Source: a virus (lineage: Duplodnaviria > Caudoviricetes). From it: a stretch of DNA of 30,561 nt. The notes beneath the pieces are model-generated. The model ran no database searches. It saw only the letters and a list, made by a program, of their open reading frames with translations, and was not told where the DNA came from. The DNA is taken from positions 1 to 30,561 of the IMG/VR virus record IMGVR_UViG_3300033562_001150. One strand, 5' to 3'. Below, one piece after another: positions 16,069 through 23,804 of this stretch (the stretch's first letter is position 1; every line of letters begins with the position of its first letter). A program made the translations under genes and the position numbers.

Positions 16069-16975
16069 TTTGTTTGTAAATGATATGTTGACACAATATC
16101 GATCTTATGTAAGAACTAAAACTATAACTAATATGGATATAGAATTAATCAAGAAAATTTACAGACCAGAGCATCAATATGTCATCAGAGGAGAGATAAC
16201 TCTTCATCCTAAGTGCAGAGAAATTTTAGACATTTTCGTTGCGGGAAATTATGTTCTCATGACTGAAGGTGATAATGCAACAGCGCTAATAGGATATCAA
16301 GGGAAAATTCCATACATTTCATTTTCATATGATGGATTTATGAATGATCAAATTAGAAATAATCAAGATCTTACATATAACATGATGAAGATGTTGGACT
16401 ATTTCTCTGGTAAAGATACACAGCTCAGAACAGAATATATTATTAGCCCTCATAATTATTCATGGTATAATGTTGATTTATTAATAATGAAACAATTGAT
16501 GCTTCAATATCCCAAAATGAAACAGCCCTACTTTGTAATGTTTCAAGATGGGGACTATTTTAGTCAAAAAGAATTCACTTGGGTTCCGTACACTCAAGCC
16601 GCTCTAAACAGAGCAAATGCTGTGGGACTATTAACACAGAAGAATTTAGATTTCTTGAATGCATTTTTGTTAAGAAAGGAATATGCTTGTACTGCACTAA
16701 AAAATGAAATCATCATAATGAATGATGGAACAGTGCGAACATGTTTAAGTCATAAGATCACAAATATAATCGGAAATGTCAATACGCAGTCTTTAGAAGA
16801 TGTAATTGTAAGTACTCAACCTATTAGAGATGCATGCATAGAGTGTGAATATAAGTTGAGTTGTTATTTGGCATATCACTACAAAGATTCAATAAATGAA
16901 TTAGAAACAACTAATAGAATTGTTAATTCATCTCAAGAATTAACAGTATTTGATCAAACTTTAACAAACACTTAG
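16058..16975 (+). CDS. Radical-SAM-like protein with a SPASM domain, lacking CxxxCxxC
   Basis: GEITLHP, ISFSYDG, SPASM CTA..NEIIIMNDGTVRTC...IGNV...CIECEYKLSC; no Cys triad after the first strand. Confidence 0.7.
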   Translation: MKINLFVNDMLTQYRSYVRTKTITNMDIELIKKIYRPEHQYVIRGEITLHPKCREILDIFVAGNYVLMTEGDNATALIGYQGKIPYISFSYDGFMNDQIRNNQDLTYNMMKMLDYFSGKDTQLRTEYIISPHNYSWYNVDLLIMKQLMLQYPKMKQPYFVMFQDGDYFSQKEFTWVPYTQAALNRANAVGLLTQKNLDFLNAFLLRKEYACTALKNEIIIMNDGTVRTCLSHKITNIIGNVNTQSLEDVIVSTQPIRDACIECEYKLSCYLAYHYKDSINELETTNRIVNSSQELTVFDQTLTNT

Positions 16976-16983
16976 CATATATA
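16975..16983 (+). promoter_or_regulatory. GCATAWWTA motif copy (GCATATATA)
   Basis: At the gene end, 52 nt before ATG 17027. Confidence 0.5.
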
Positions 16984-17026
16984 GAAATTAAATATAGCGA
17001 TTAATTATAGACCTCAAGGAGTTAAA

Positions 17027-17401
17027 ATGAAGGGAAAAAATAACACATCTATGACACTCGTCGACATGTTTCATGATCTTTTTGATAGACAAAAATCTCT
17101 TTCTCTTACATTCGGAGATGATTTTTCAAAAATGTCTCTAGAACAGAAAGAAGAATATACGAAAGATAAAGTGCTCGCTCTATTAGATGAGACCCATGAA
17201 GTTCTTAGAGAAATTAACTGGAAGAGCTGGAAGAAAACTAAGAAAGAAATAGATCAAGCAAAACTATTGGAAGAACTTTCTGATGCGCTGCACTTTTATA
17301 TCAATCTTTGTCTAGTTTGGGGCTTTAGTGCTGAAAATGTATATGAAGCTTATATCAAGAAGGATAAAGAGAATTATAAAAGAATAAAGAGATCATATTA
17401 A
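17027..17401 (+). CDS. All-alpha (dimeric dUTPase/dCTPase/MazG-like) dNTP pyrophosphatase
   Basis: DETHEVLREINWKSWKK...LLEELSDALHF...YIKK..EN.KR. Confidence 0.85.
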   Translation: MKGKNNTSMTLVDMFHDLFDRQKSLSLTFGDDFSKMSLEQKEEYTKDKVLALLDETHEVLREINWKSWKKTKKEIDQAKLLEELSDALHFYINLCLVWGFSAENVYEAYIKKDKENYKRIKRSY

Positions 17402-17621
17402 TGACGAAATTGTACAAGAAGCATTTACAGCTCTATCTAGAGACTGCGAAGATGATGATATAGTTTCTGGCAGGTTAATCACTTCGGTAATTGTGACTCA
17501 AGTTAAATATCGTCATGAAGTTTCTACAATAGAAATAAACTGTATAGCTGATTATATAAGAGCTCCAGATGTTGATTTGTTTAAGACTAAAAAAATTGCA
17601 CTAGTGGAGATAACACAATGA
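17397..17621 (+). CDS. Probable 74-codon ORF with no canonical start (ATT start or frameshift)
   Basis: Open frame INDEIVQEAFTALSRD...LVEITQ fills the gap and ends in an ATGA overlap with the deaminase. Confidence 0.45.
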   Translation: MNDEIVQEAFTALSRDCEDDDIVSGRLITSVIVTQVKYRHEVSTIEINCIADYIRAPDVDLFKTKKIALVEITQ

Positions 17622-18124
17622 AAAGACCCTCCTGGGATGAAATGTTTATTAGAATAGCCGAAACTGTTGCTACAAGATCTACTTGTGCAAGAATTCAAGT
17701 GGGTTGTGTTTTAGTCAGAGACAATAGAATTATCTCCATAGGATACAATGGATCTCATCCAGAAGGCATTCATTGTTGTGATCATTGGGAACAAGAATAT
17801 TCGGAACTAAGTAAGCTTCCAATGTTTCCACATAAAACTTTAAATGATTTTTATTCTAGCCCAGAATTTTATAAATTACATCACGAATGGGCAGAATTGA
17901 ATGAGTTACACGCAGAACAGAACATGCTGGCATTTTCTTCAAAGAATGGAATTGCAACACACGATACAACTTTATATACTACCACTGCTTGCTGCATACA
18001 TTGTGCAAAATTAATTTCTCAAGCGGGAATAAAAGAAGTGAAGTATTTGCATAAATATGATAGGGAATGTGAAGGAATTACATTCTTAGAGAGTTGTAAC
18101 ATTCATTGTACAGAAATAAAATGA
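17618..18124 (+). CDS. dCMP deaminase
   Basis: RPSWDE.F..IA..VATRSTC...VG, SIGYNG, HAEQN, CIHCAK.I.QAGI; T4-like insert before HAE. Confidence 0.93.
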   Translation: MKRPSWDEMFIRIAETVATRSTCARIQVGCVLVRDNRIISIGYNGSHPEGIHCCDHWEQEYSELSKLPMFPHKTLNDFYSSPEFYKLHHEWAELNELHAEQNMLAFSSKNGIATHDTTLYTTTACCIHCAKLISQAGIKEVKYLHKYDRECEGITFLESCNIHCTEIK

Positions 18125-18456
18125 GAGAACCACAAAAAAGAGATGAAATAATTATTTGTAAGCAATGTGGAGGAATAGGCACTCACAGAAAATCAAGTGG
18201 AGAAGAAGTGACATGTTATGACTGTGAAGGTTCTGGAAAATTGAGACAAATAACAATAACAGAAACTTTTCAGAGCAAAGTAGAAGAAGCTATACAGAGT
18301 ATGACAGAAGATCACACATTAGATTCACAATTTAAATGGATGAAAGAACAAAGAATACAAGATTACCATAATATGAATGAGTATTATAAACAACAAATAT
18401 CTATTCTCGAGAAAAAAATAGATGAGCTAGAAAATGTACATTCGAACAAAATCTAG
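18121..18456 (+). CDS. DnaJ-like CxxCxGxG zinc-finger protein
   Basis: CKQCGGIG and CYDCEGSG; start at ATG 18121 (ATGA overlap). Confidence 0.7.
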   Translation: MREPQKRDEIIICKQCGGIGTHRKSSGEEVTCYDCEGSGKLRQITITETFQSKVEEAIQSMTEDHTLDSQFKWMKEQRIQDYHNMNEYYKQQISILEKKIDELENVHSNKI

Positions 18457-18637
18457 CTGGCAAAAAGATGATTGTTTCATCTGCCATAAGATGAAATGTA
18501 AATTTGAGTTAGTATATGAAGATTCTAATATTAGATTCTGTGGAAATTTAGATTGTCTTGATAAAATTCGGTCGTTAATGACTGAAGTATATAAACTTAA
18601 AAACGGAGAAACAAATGCCAAGAAAGTCAGTAGTTAA
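18434..18637 (+). CDS. Small zinc-binding protein (CxxC...FCxxxxC)
   Basis: CFICH...RFCGNLDC. Confidence 0.6.
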   Translation: MYIRTKSSWQKDDCFICHKMKCKFELVYEDSNIRFCGNLDCLDKIRSLMTEVYKLKNGETNAKKVSS

Positions 18638-18896
18638 TTCTCTTCTAGAAAAGGGTTGTAGTTGTGATAATTGTGGGTTTAGTTATACTAAGTTCATGAA
18701 TATAGATGAAAAGAAAGCTTGGGATCTGAAATATGGTAGAACATTTGTACCCAATGTTTGTGGATCTAGAATTAGAAAAAAGCTTGATTTACCAGATCCA
18801 AGAACATGTGAACATTGGTATTCTGGAACAGAAACATTCACAGCAGAAAATAAATACGTAGAAGAGCAAGCACAAGCTGCAAATAGATTGAAGTGA
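18615..18896 (+). CDS. Small Cys-rich paralog family member
   Basis: VVNSLLEKGCSCDNC...VC...LPDPRTCEHWY. Confidence 0.7.
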   Translation: MPRKSVVNSLLEKGCSCDNCGFSYTKFMNIDEKKAWDLKYGRTFVPNVCGSRIRKKLDLPDPRTCEHWYSGTETFTAENKYVEEQAQAANRLK

Positions 18897-19144
18897 GTAT
18901 TGAAAAAAGAGCACTTTATTTACTATCAGGTAAAGATTGCTACAACTGTGCTTATAGAGTAAGTATTTCTGAGAGTGTAGGAGTAGACTATGATTCTCCA
19001 GAAATATATCTAGCTGCCTTACCAGAAGAAGGAATAGATGTATATCCAAAAATTGAAGATATTTGTTTTAAACACAGTTCACCCCATGCACTAGATTTTG
19101 ATAGAATATGTGAAAACTGGATGAGAAAAAATTATGAATCCTGA
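18893..19144 (+). CDS. Small Cys-rich paralog family member
   Basis: EKRALYLLSGKDCYNC...IC...ICENWM. Confidence 0.7.
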   Translation: MSIEKRALYLLSGKDCYNCAYRVSISESVGVDYDSPEIYLAALPEEGIDVYPKIEDICFKHSSPHALDFDRICENWMRKNYES

Positions 19145-19382
19145 AGAAATAGCGCTTCAACTGTTGGCAAATCATAACTGTTGGAACTGCAAATATTTAA
19201 AAGATATGATGCTAGAAGCAATTGAGGTCGAAGATTTTAAGTGTACCATTAAAAAACCATGGATAAAAATGCCAGACGATTTAGTATGTGAAAAATGGGA
19301 AAAAGATGACAGAAATAATGAAATAGATTACAATTCTGTATGGACTGCAATGAAAAAACACAATAGCAGACGGCATATATAG
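19134..19382 (+). CDS. Small Cys-rich paralog family member
   Basis: EEIALQLLANHNCWNC...KC...PDDLVCEKWE. Confidence 0.7.
   Translation: MNPEEIALQLLANHNCWNCKYLKDMMLEAIEVEDFKCTIKKPWIKMPDDLVCEKWEKDDRNNEIDYNSVWTAMKKHNSRRHI
19373..19381 (+). promoter_or_regulatory. GCATAWWTA motif copy (GCATATATA)
   Basis: At the gene end, 40 nt before ATG 19413. Confidence 0.45.
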
Positions 19383-19412
19383 AATCAAATAATAGTGCTT
19401 GGTTGGGGTCAA

Positions 19413-19613
19413 ATGAACGTAGAAGATGTTGCGATAAATCTCCTTACAGGACATGTCTGTAGTAATTGTCATCATTACAGTCTTCTATGGTGTCATAATG
19501 ATTATAATGAAGATTCTATAATGAATAGAACCGGTCATGAATGGATTGAAAAACAAGAAATGACTTTTAATTTTTCCATTACAAAAAATAGAAATCCCTC
19601 TAAAAACGTATAA
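19413..19613 (+). CDS. Small Cys-rich paralog family member, possibly frameshifted
   Basis: EDVAINLLTGHVCSNC...WC; a fourth Cys appears only in the +1 frame (ending 19647). Confidence 0.6.
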   Translation: MNVEDVAINLLTGHVCSNCHHYSLLWCHNDYNEDSIMNRTGHEWIEKQEMTFNFSITKNRNPSKNV

Positions 19614-19636
19614 TGTATGTGCTCTAGGAACTAATC

Positions 19637-20035
19637 TTGAAAGTTGATGCTTTAGCTAGAAATCTATTAGCTGATCAAGTTTGTAGAAATTGTAGGTTTT
19701 CAGTATATGGATCAAGATGTAAAGTTGATTCTATTATTTCTCTTCATGCTGTTGAAGAAACCTGCGAAAAATGGGAAGAAAGAAAATCGTTCGATGATTT
19801 GATTATAGAGTCCGGTTCTAATGATTGCGGAAACTTTGTAAAATACAAAAATGGAACAATGGAATGCTGGAGCGAAACATCTAACAATAATATAAAATTT
19901 CCCAAGATTTTTGATGACATTCCGGCTATTTCTTTAACGGGAGGATATGTCAGATCACTTTCATCTACGGAATTAGAAATTAAGCCTATATCAAGCCCTA
20001 CAGCATGGAAAGCCACCGGAAGATGGCATATATAA
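19637..20035 (+). CDS. Cys-rich paralog fused to a tail-fibre C-terminal (gp53-like) domain
   Basis: DALARNLLADQVCRNC...C...TCEKWE, then ESGSNDCGNFVKYKNGTMECW...IKFP..F...P...WKATGRW. Confidence 0.7.
   Translation: MKVDALARNLLADQVCRNCRFSVYGSRCKVDSIISLHAVEETCEKWEERKSFDDLIIESGSNDCGNFVKYKNGTMECWSETSNNNIKFPKIFDDIPAISLTGGYVRSLSSTELEIKPISSPTAWKATGRWHI
20026..20034 (+). promoter_or_regulatory. GCATAWWTA motif copy (GCATATATA)
   Basis: 40 nt before the ThyX-like ATG 20066. Confidence 0.55.
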
Positions 20036-20065
20036 TATTAAACACAAGAATATCAAGGAGTAAAC

Positions 20066-21073
20066 ATGACTAACGAAGATGTTCAAAACATGAGAAAAGC
20101 AATGGGTACGCTGCCGTCTCAGCACCCTGAAAAAACATATTCTTATAAGAATGACATTCAGAGTATTTATGTAAAGATGACTGATTGGCCCCGAAATCCC
20201 TATGAACAGATTGTTAGAGCAGTAGCGGCAACATGGGGAGACAATGAAACAGGCTCTACTGGAAAGTGGGAGAAACTCACTCCAGAAAATAGATATAGAC
20301 TTGTATTATCACATCTTACAGGAAATACACTTCCACAAGCATCAGAAGGAATTCAGTTCCAGTTTGAAGTTAATGGTCTGAGCAGATCTGATTTCGATCA
20401 ACATGCCCGAGCAAGATTAGGAATGCATTTCATGTCTATTGGAACTAGAGATAACAACAAACTTGACGCAGATTTTCTTCTCTATGATGAAGCAATTGAG
20501 CAAACAAAGAAAGATCCAGAATATAAAGCTAAGGTAGATCAGTGGGTCAAACTCACTAAGGATCTATATGAAGAGACAATTAATCTGAGTGAATCTTCTT
20601 GGCAAACTGGTAGATGCTTTCTACCACAATCAATAAATCATTCATATGTCTTTGGTACAAACTATATTGCTCTCAAGGGACAATGTTCTAGAAGATTGAT
20701 GTTTTGCGAGCAAGAAGGAATATCTGCGTTGCATTGGAAGTTAAAGGCGGAAGTTGATTCTAAGTTCCCACTTCTTGGCAACTTTTTGAAGCCAGCGTGT
20801 GATGGAGCAAAGAGATGTGTGTATATGGAAGGTCCAGAAGGAATGACAAAATATTTCTCAAATCTATTTGATGGATGTGGTAGGTGGAAAGTACAAAATG
20901 TAGATAATGATGCTTATAAAGAATTCAATCATTCTTGCACTAATCCAGAAAGAATGAAAGAATTAGGAGTTAAAATTTGGGAAATTGGAGACTATAAGCA
21001 TTTTGGTCCAGATGATTACGAAAAGTTGGATCCTATTGATAAAGCATTTTTCACAGATCCATGGAACAGATAA
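20066..21073 (+). CDS. Flavin-dependent thymidylate synthase (ThyX)-family protein, divergent active site
   Basis: E.IQFQFEVNGLSR....QHARAR, GRCFLPQ, N..AL...CSRRL, C-terminal PAC...C...GC; RHR and SxRY motifs altered. Confidence 0.85.
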   Translation: MTNEDVQNMRKAMGTLPSQHPEKTYSYKNDIQSIYVKMTDWPRNPYEQIVRAVAATWGDNETGSTGKWEKLTPENRYRLVLSHLTGNTLPQASEGIQFQFEVNGLSRSDFDQHARARLGMHFMSIGTRDNNKLDADFLLYDEAIEQTKKDPEYKAKVDQWVKLTKDLYEETINLSESSWQTGRCFLPQSINHSYVFGTNYIALKGQCSRRLMFCEQEGISALHWKLKAEVDSKFPLLGNFLKPACDGAKRCVYMEGPEGMTKYFSNLFDGCGRWKVQNVDNDAYKEFNHSCTNPERMKELGVKIWEIGDYKHFGPDDYEKLDPIDKAFFTDPWNR

Positions 21074-21074
21074 A

Positions 21075-21287
21075 ATGAATCAGAGTGTAGAAGAAGCTTT
21101 ATCTGAATATCCTAGAGAAATTGTAAAATTTTTTGAGTCAGATATAAAGCTAGAGGGATGGAATGTTGAGAAAAAGTTGGGAGGGTATTTGCCCTCCCTT
21201 TTTCAGCAGCTTGCTAATAAGCTAAAAAAAGAAGAGAATGAAACAGTGTATGAAGTAATATTCACATTCAAAAAGAATGAGGAGTAG
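21075..21287 (+). CDS. Hypothetical protein
   Basis: Start re-called at ATG 21075 directly after the ThyX-like stop. Confidence 0.55.
   Translation: MNQSVEEALSEYPREIVKFFESDIKLEGWNVEKKLGGYLPSLFQQLANKLKKEENETVYEVIFTFKKNEE
21179..21203 (+). terminator. Rho-independent terminator-like hairpin GGGAGGG-TATTTG-CCCTCCC-TTTTT
   Basis: 7-bp GC-rich stem followed by T5, preceded by AAAAAG; lies within ORF 21075-21287. Confidence 0.7.
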
Positions 21288-21290
21288 TTA

Positions 21291-21602
21291 ATGGGTGTTG
21301 ATTATAATGCTGCGGGTGGAGTTGGTATTAGAATCTCTGATGAAATACTAGAAAAATTGGGATATAATGAAGAAGAAGATGATAGCATTTGTGATTTTCT
21401 AGATAATTTAAGTTTAAAGATTCCATATACTTCATTTGGAGATTCTTATCAAGAAGAATATAAATACGCGTGGATTATAAAGGGAGGAAAATATCTGGAT
21501 GTTGTAAAAAACATACCAGAATTTCTCTCGAAACTTAATTCAAAGGGATTTAATTTCACAGAAGAAGACTTAGAAGTGATTGTAGAAATACATATCTGGT
21601 AG
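21291..21602 (+). CDS. Hypothetical phage protein
   Basis: SD GAGGAG; MGVDYNAAGGVGIRI. Confidence 0.7.
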   Translation: MGVDYNAAGGVGIRISDEILEKLGYNEEEDDSICDFLDNLSLKIPYTSFGDSYQEEYKYAWIIKGGKYLDVVKNIPEFLSKLNSKGFNFTEEDLEVIVEIHIW

Positions 21603-21611
21603 GAGTATATA

Positions 21612-21773
21612 ATGATAAAAACTAAGAAAGCATCTCATCCGTGGCATGATGAAAATCTTGTATACACTCGTTGGGGCATAAACAACATGCGTCTACTTTT
21701 TATTGTTGGAGTTATTCTTGGATTTTGTTTGGGTATTAGTTCTTACCAGCTTTTTATCATAATAGGAAACTAA
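21612..21773 (+). CDS. Small membrane protein (53 aa, not in the ORF track)
   Basis: SD AGGAG at 21601; C-terminal hydrophobic LLFIVGVILGFCLGISSYQLFIIIG. Confidence 0.7.
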   Translation: MIKTKKASHPWHDENLVYTRWGINNMRLLFIVGVILGFCLGISSYQLFIIIGN

Positions 21774-21776
21774 ACA

Positions 21777-22160
21777 GTGGGACACTACGATGATTGTTAT
21801 TCGAATGATGATTATCATTCTATGACATCTAGAGAGAAGCAAAGTTATTTCAAGAAATTTGAAAAAGATCTTAAAAAAGAAGAATGTATTTGGGGAACAT
21901 TTGATGATGTTTGGGGTTGGATTTTAAAAGAATGGGCAATCAAACATCATTATAAAATTAATATTAGTTATAAAACAATAACAGTAAAAGAAGAAGATTT
22001 ACTTGATGTAGCAACTAGAATTTTAGGAGAAAACAATGAAGAAAGTAATGATAGACAAGATGGAACTACTGAAGACAGTGAAAGCAAATCGAGAGAAGCA
22101 CCACGGAGTGTTTTTAAAAGCACTGGATGGATACCAAGCCACAGTAATAAAAACTCTTGA
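21777..22160 (+). CDS. Hypothetical protein
   Basis: GTG start; 3' end overlaps the next gene by 125 nt. Confidence 0.55.
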   Translation: MGHYDDCYSNDDYHSMTSREKQSYFKKFEKDLKKEECIWGTFDDVWGWILKEWAIKHHYKINISYKTITVKEEDLLDVATRILGENNEESNDRQDGTTEDSESKSREAPRSVFKSTGWIPSHSNKNS

Positions 22161-22410
22161 AGCTATGTTGGATGATGCAAAGAAGGGCATTCGTTATACT
22201 ACCACAAAGCAACTAGTACAGCCTGTAGATCAAACTAGAGAGTATGATAGAGTTATTCGGGCTTTGGAAATGAGCGTCGATACAAATATTGAACTCACAG
22301 AAGATGAATTTTCACAATATGTAATGGATGACTGGAGCTGGAAGCATCAGTTTTTGATGTCTAATTCAGCATATACTTCTACAGATATGTATAAAGATGG
22401 AGATCAATAA
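22036..22410 (+). CDS. Hypothetical phage protein
   Basis: SD AGGAG; LL..VKANREKH...EYDRVIRALEMSVD..IELTEDEF..YVMDDW. Confidence 0.75.
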   Translation: MKKVMIDKMELLKTVKANREKHHGVFLKALDGYQATVIKTLEAMLDDAKKGIRYTTTKQLVQPVDQTREYDRVIRALEMSVDTNIELTEDEFSQYVMDDWSWKHQFLMSNSAYTSTDMYKDGDQ

Positions 22411-22415
22411 TAGAT

Positions 22416-22703
22416 ATGTCTGAAATGATTATTGGAACGAATGACAAGGGTGAAAAAATATTCAAAATGATTGAGAAAGACTTGCTCAATACTGTACAAA
22501 ATAACACAGCTAAGCCAATTGACGAAATCAAGTCTGTTATAAGAAATCTGCTCGATTATTATGTGAGCAATAAAACACTTCTACATTATAAATTGAATGA
22601 TAATATAACTAATCTCGGTGAAAAGAAATTTGTGACATTTCAAATCCTTGTATCAGATCCTAGAAAAAACACATGGACATATACTCTCAGGAGCGCATAT
22701 TAA
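22416..22703 (+). CDS. Hypothetical protein
   Basis: ORF in the operon with GGAG upstream. Confidence 0.6.
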   Translation: MSEMIIGTNDKGEKIFKMIEKDLLNTVQNNTAKPIDEIKSVIRNLLDYYVSNKTLLHYKLNDNITNLGEKKFVTFQILVSDPRKNTWTYTLRSAY

Positions 22704-22937
22704 ATGATCTGTAGGTATTGTGGTGAAGAAATAAAAAGAGAGGTTCACACTCAAATACTTACAGAGACAAAAATAGAAGATGGGAAAAAATTTATTCGGA
22801 GCACTTCCTATCAATTAGAAGGAATGTTTTGTAGCATGAAAGAAGATGGATGTGATGTGGTAGAAGAGATATCAAGTGGATATGAAGAAGCCAAGAAAGC
22901 ACTTCAAACAATGCAGTGGATAGAAAGGGAGAACTAA
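22704..22937 (+). CDS. Small Cys-containing protein
   Basis: MICRYCG...FC.....GC; AGGAG upstream. Confidence 0.6.
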   Translation: MICRYCGEEIKREVHTQILTETKIEDGKKFIRSTSYQLEGMFCSMKEDGCDVVEEISSGYEEAKKALQTMQWIEREN

Positions 22938-23804
22938 TTGAAACTAACAGTGAATGAAATGAAAGAAAAGCATGATGTAGGTGTTACACTAGTTGCAGAT
23001 TATCTCAAATCACAAAAGTGCAAAGTTGAAAGAATAACAAGAGATACCTTTAGTGAGGTAGAAAATGTGTTTCCAGATTCATGCGAAGAATATGATATGT
23101 TTAAGCTTCTCACATCAGAAGAAATTGAAAATTTTTCAAATATAAAAATGAAAGAATTTGTAGACATCTTTGAGAGTAGAGGATATAAGAATATTCATAT
23201 GTTATATTCAGTGATGAATAAAAAGCCGGAGCAAATTAAAAAAATAATTTCTCAAACTAAAGAAGAATATCAGAAAAATAAAGCTGAAATAAAAAATTAT
23301 TTTTTAAATATAAAGAAGGGAGACTTGCACGTCAAGTATCCCCAATTTCATGAGGAAATGTTTTTGAAAGTAGTAAATAGTGAATATCTAAGTAAAAAAT
23401 CTATAGACAATTTCAGGGGAAGATATATTATTTTCGTCAATCAAGAAGATGCTGCAAAATCTAGAGTAATGAGAAGAAAATCTATTGAAAACTATTTCAA
23501 TACAGCTCTCAAGGGAGCTCCTCCGGAGTCTAAAACTAAACCATTCAATTTTAAAAACTTCAAAAATTGCTGTTTTCTAGAAGATTTTGGAATGTATTTC
23601 ACTCAATATTTAATCATGAATTGTGGAAATGATGTTGATAATCTTAGACTCTTGAATGAAGCTTACTTCAACAAAGTTCTTCCTAGATTGGTAGAATCTA
23701 ATTCTACTACTCCAACTCTATCGCACATAACTCCAAAAAGAATAGCACAAAAGAAATCTATTCCAACATCAAGCATATATAATTCAAACGTAGGAGTAAT
23801 ATGA
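22938..23804 (+). CDS. Hypothetical protein
   Basis: 288-aa ORF, TTG start after GGGAG; no confident motif. Confidence 0.65.
   Translation: MKLTVNEMKEKHDVGVTLVADYLKSQKCKVERITRDTFSEVENVFPDSCEEYDMFKLLTSEEIENFSNIKMKEFVDIFESRGYKNIHMLYSVMNKKPEQIKKIISQTKEEYQKNKAEIKNYFLNIKKGDLHVKYPQFHEEMFLKVVNSEYLSKKSIDNFRGRYIIFVNQEDAAKSRVMRRKSIENYFNTALKGAPPESKTKPFNFKNFKNCCFLEDFGMYFTQYLIMNCGNDVDNLRLLNEAYFNKVLPRLVESNSTTPTLSHITPKRIAQKKSIPTSSIYNSNVGVI
23773..23781 (+). promoter_or_regulatory. GCATAWWTA motif copy (GCATATATA)
   Basis: 28 nt before ATG 23801, upstream of its AGGAG. Confidence 0.5.

Noticed and set aside
17618-18124. dCMP deaminase CCxxC in place of PCxxC as a sign of changed function
   Set aside because: HAE and both Zn-binding Cys residues are intact; a single Pro substitution is not enough evidence.
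18615-20035. Diversity-generating retroelement or nucleotide-level repeat array behind the Cys-rich paralogs
   Set aside because: Similarity is at protein-motif level only; no near-identical TR/VR pair or reverse transcriptase is visible.
21777-22410. 125-nt overlap (and the staggered overlaps at 29318-29633) as functional dual coding
   Set aside because: The overlapping tails look like low-information run-through of an open frame; no evidence of selection on both frames.
22695-22703. GCATATTAA as a promoter-motif copy
   Set aside because: It lies between the SD and the ATG, only 9 nt from the start, and departs from the consensus.
22938-23804. Degenerate PD-(D/E)xK nuclease (GDLHV...FLKV)
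   Set aside because: The ExK motif is absent and the resemblance is too weak to call without a profile search.
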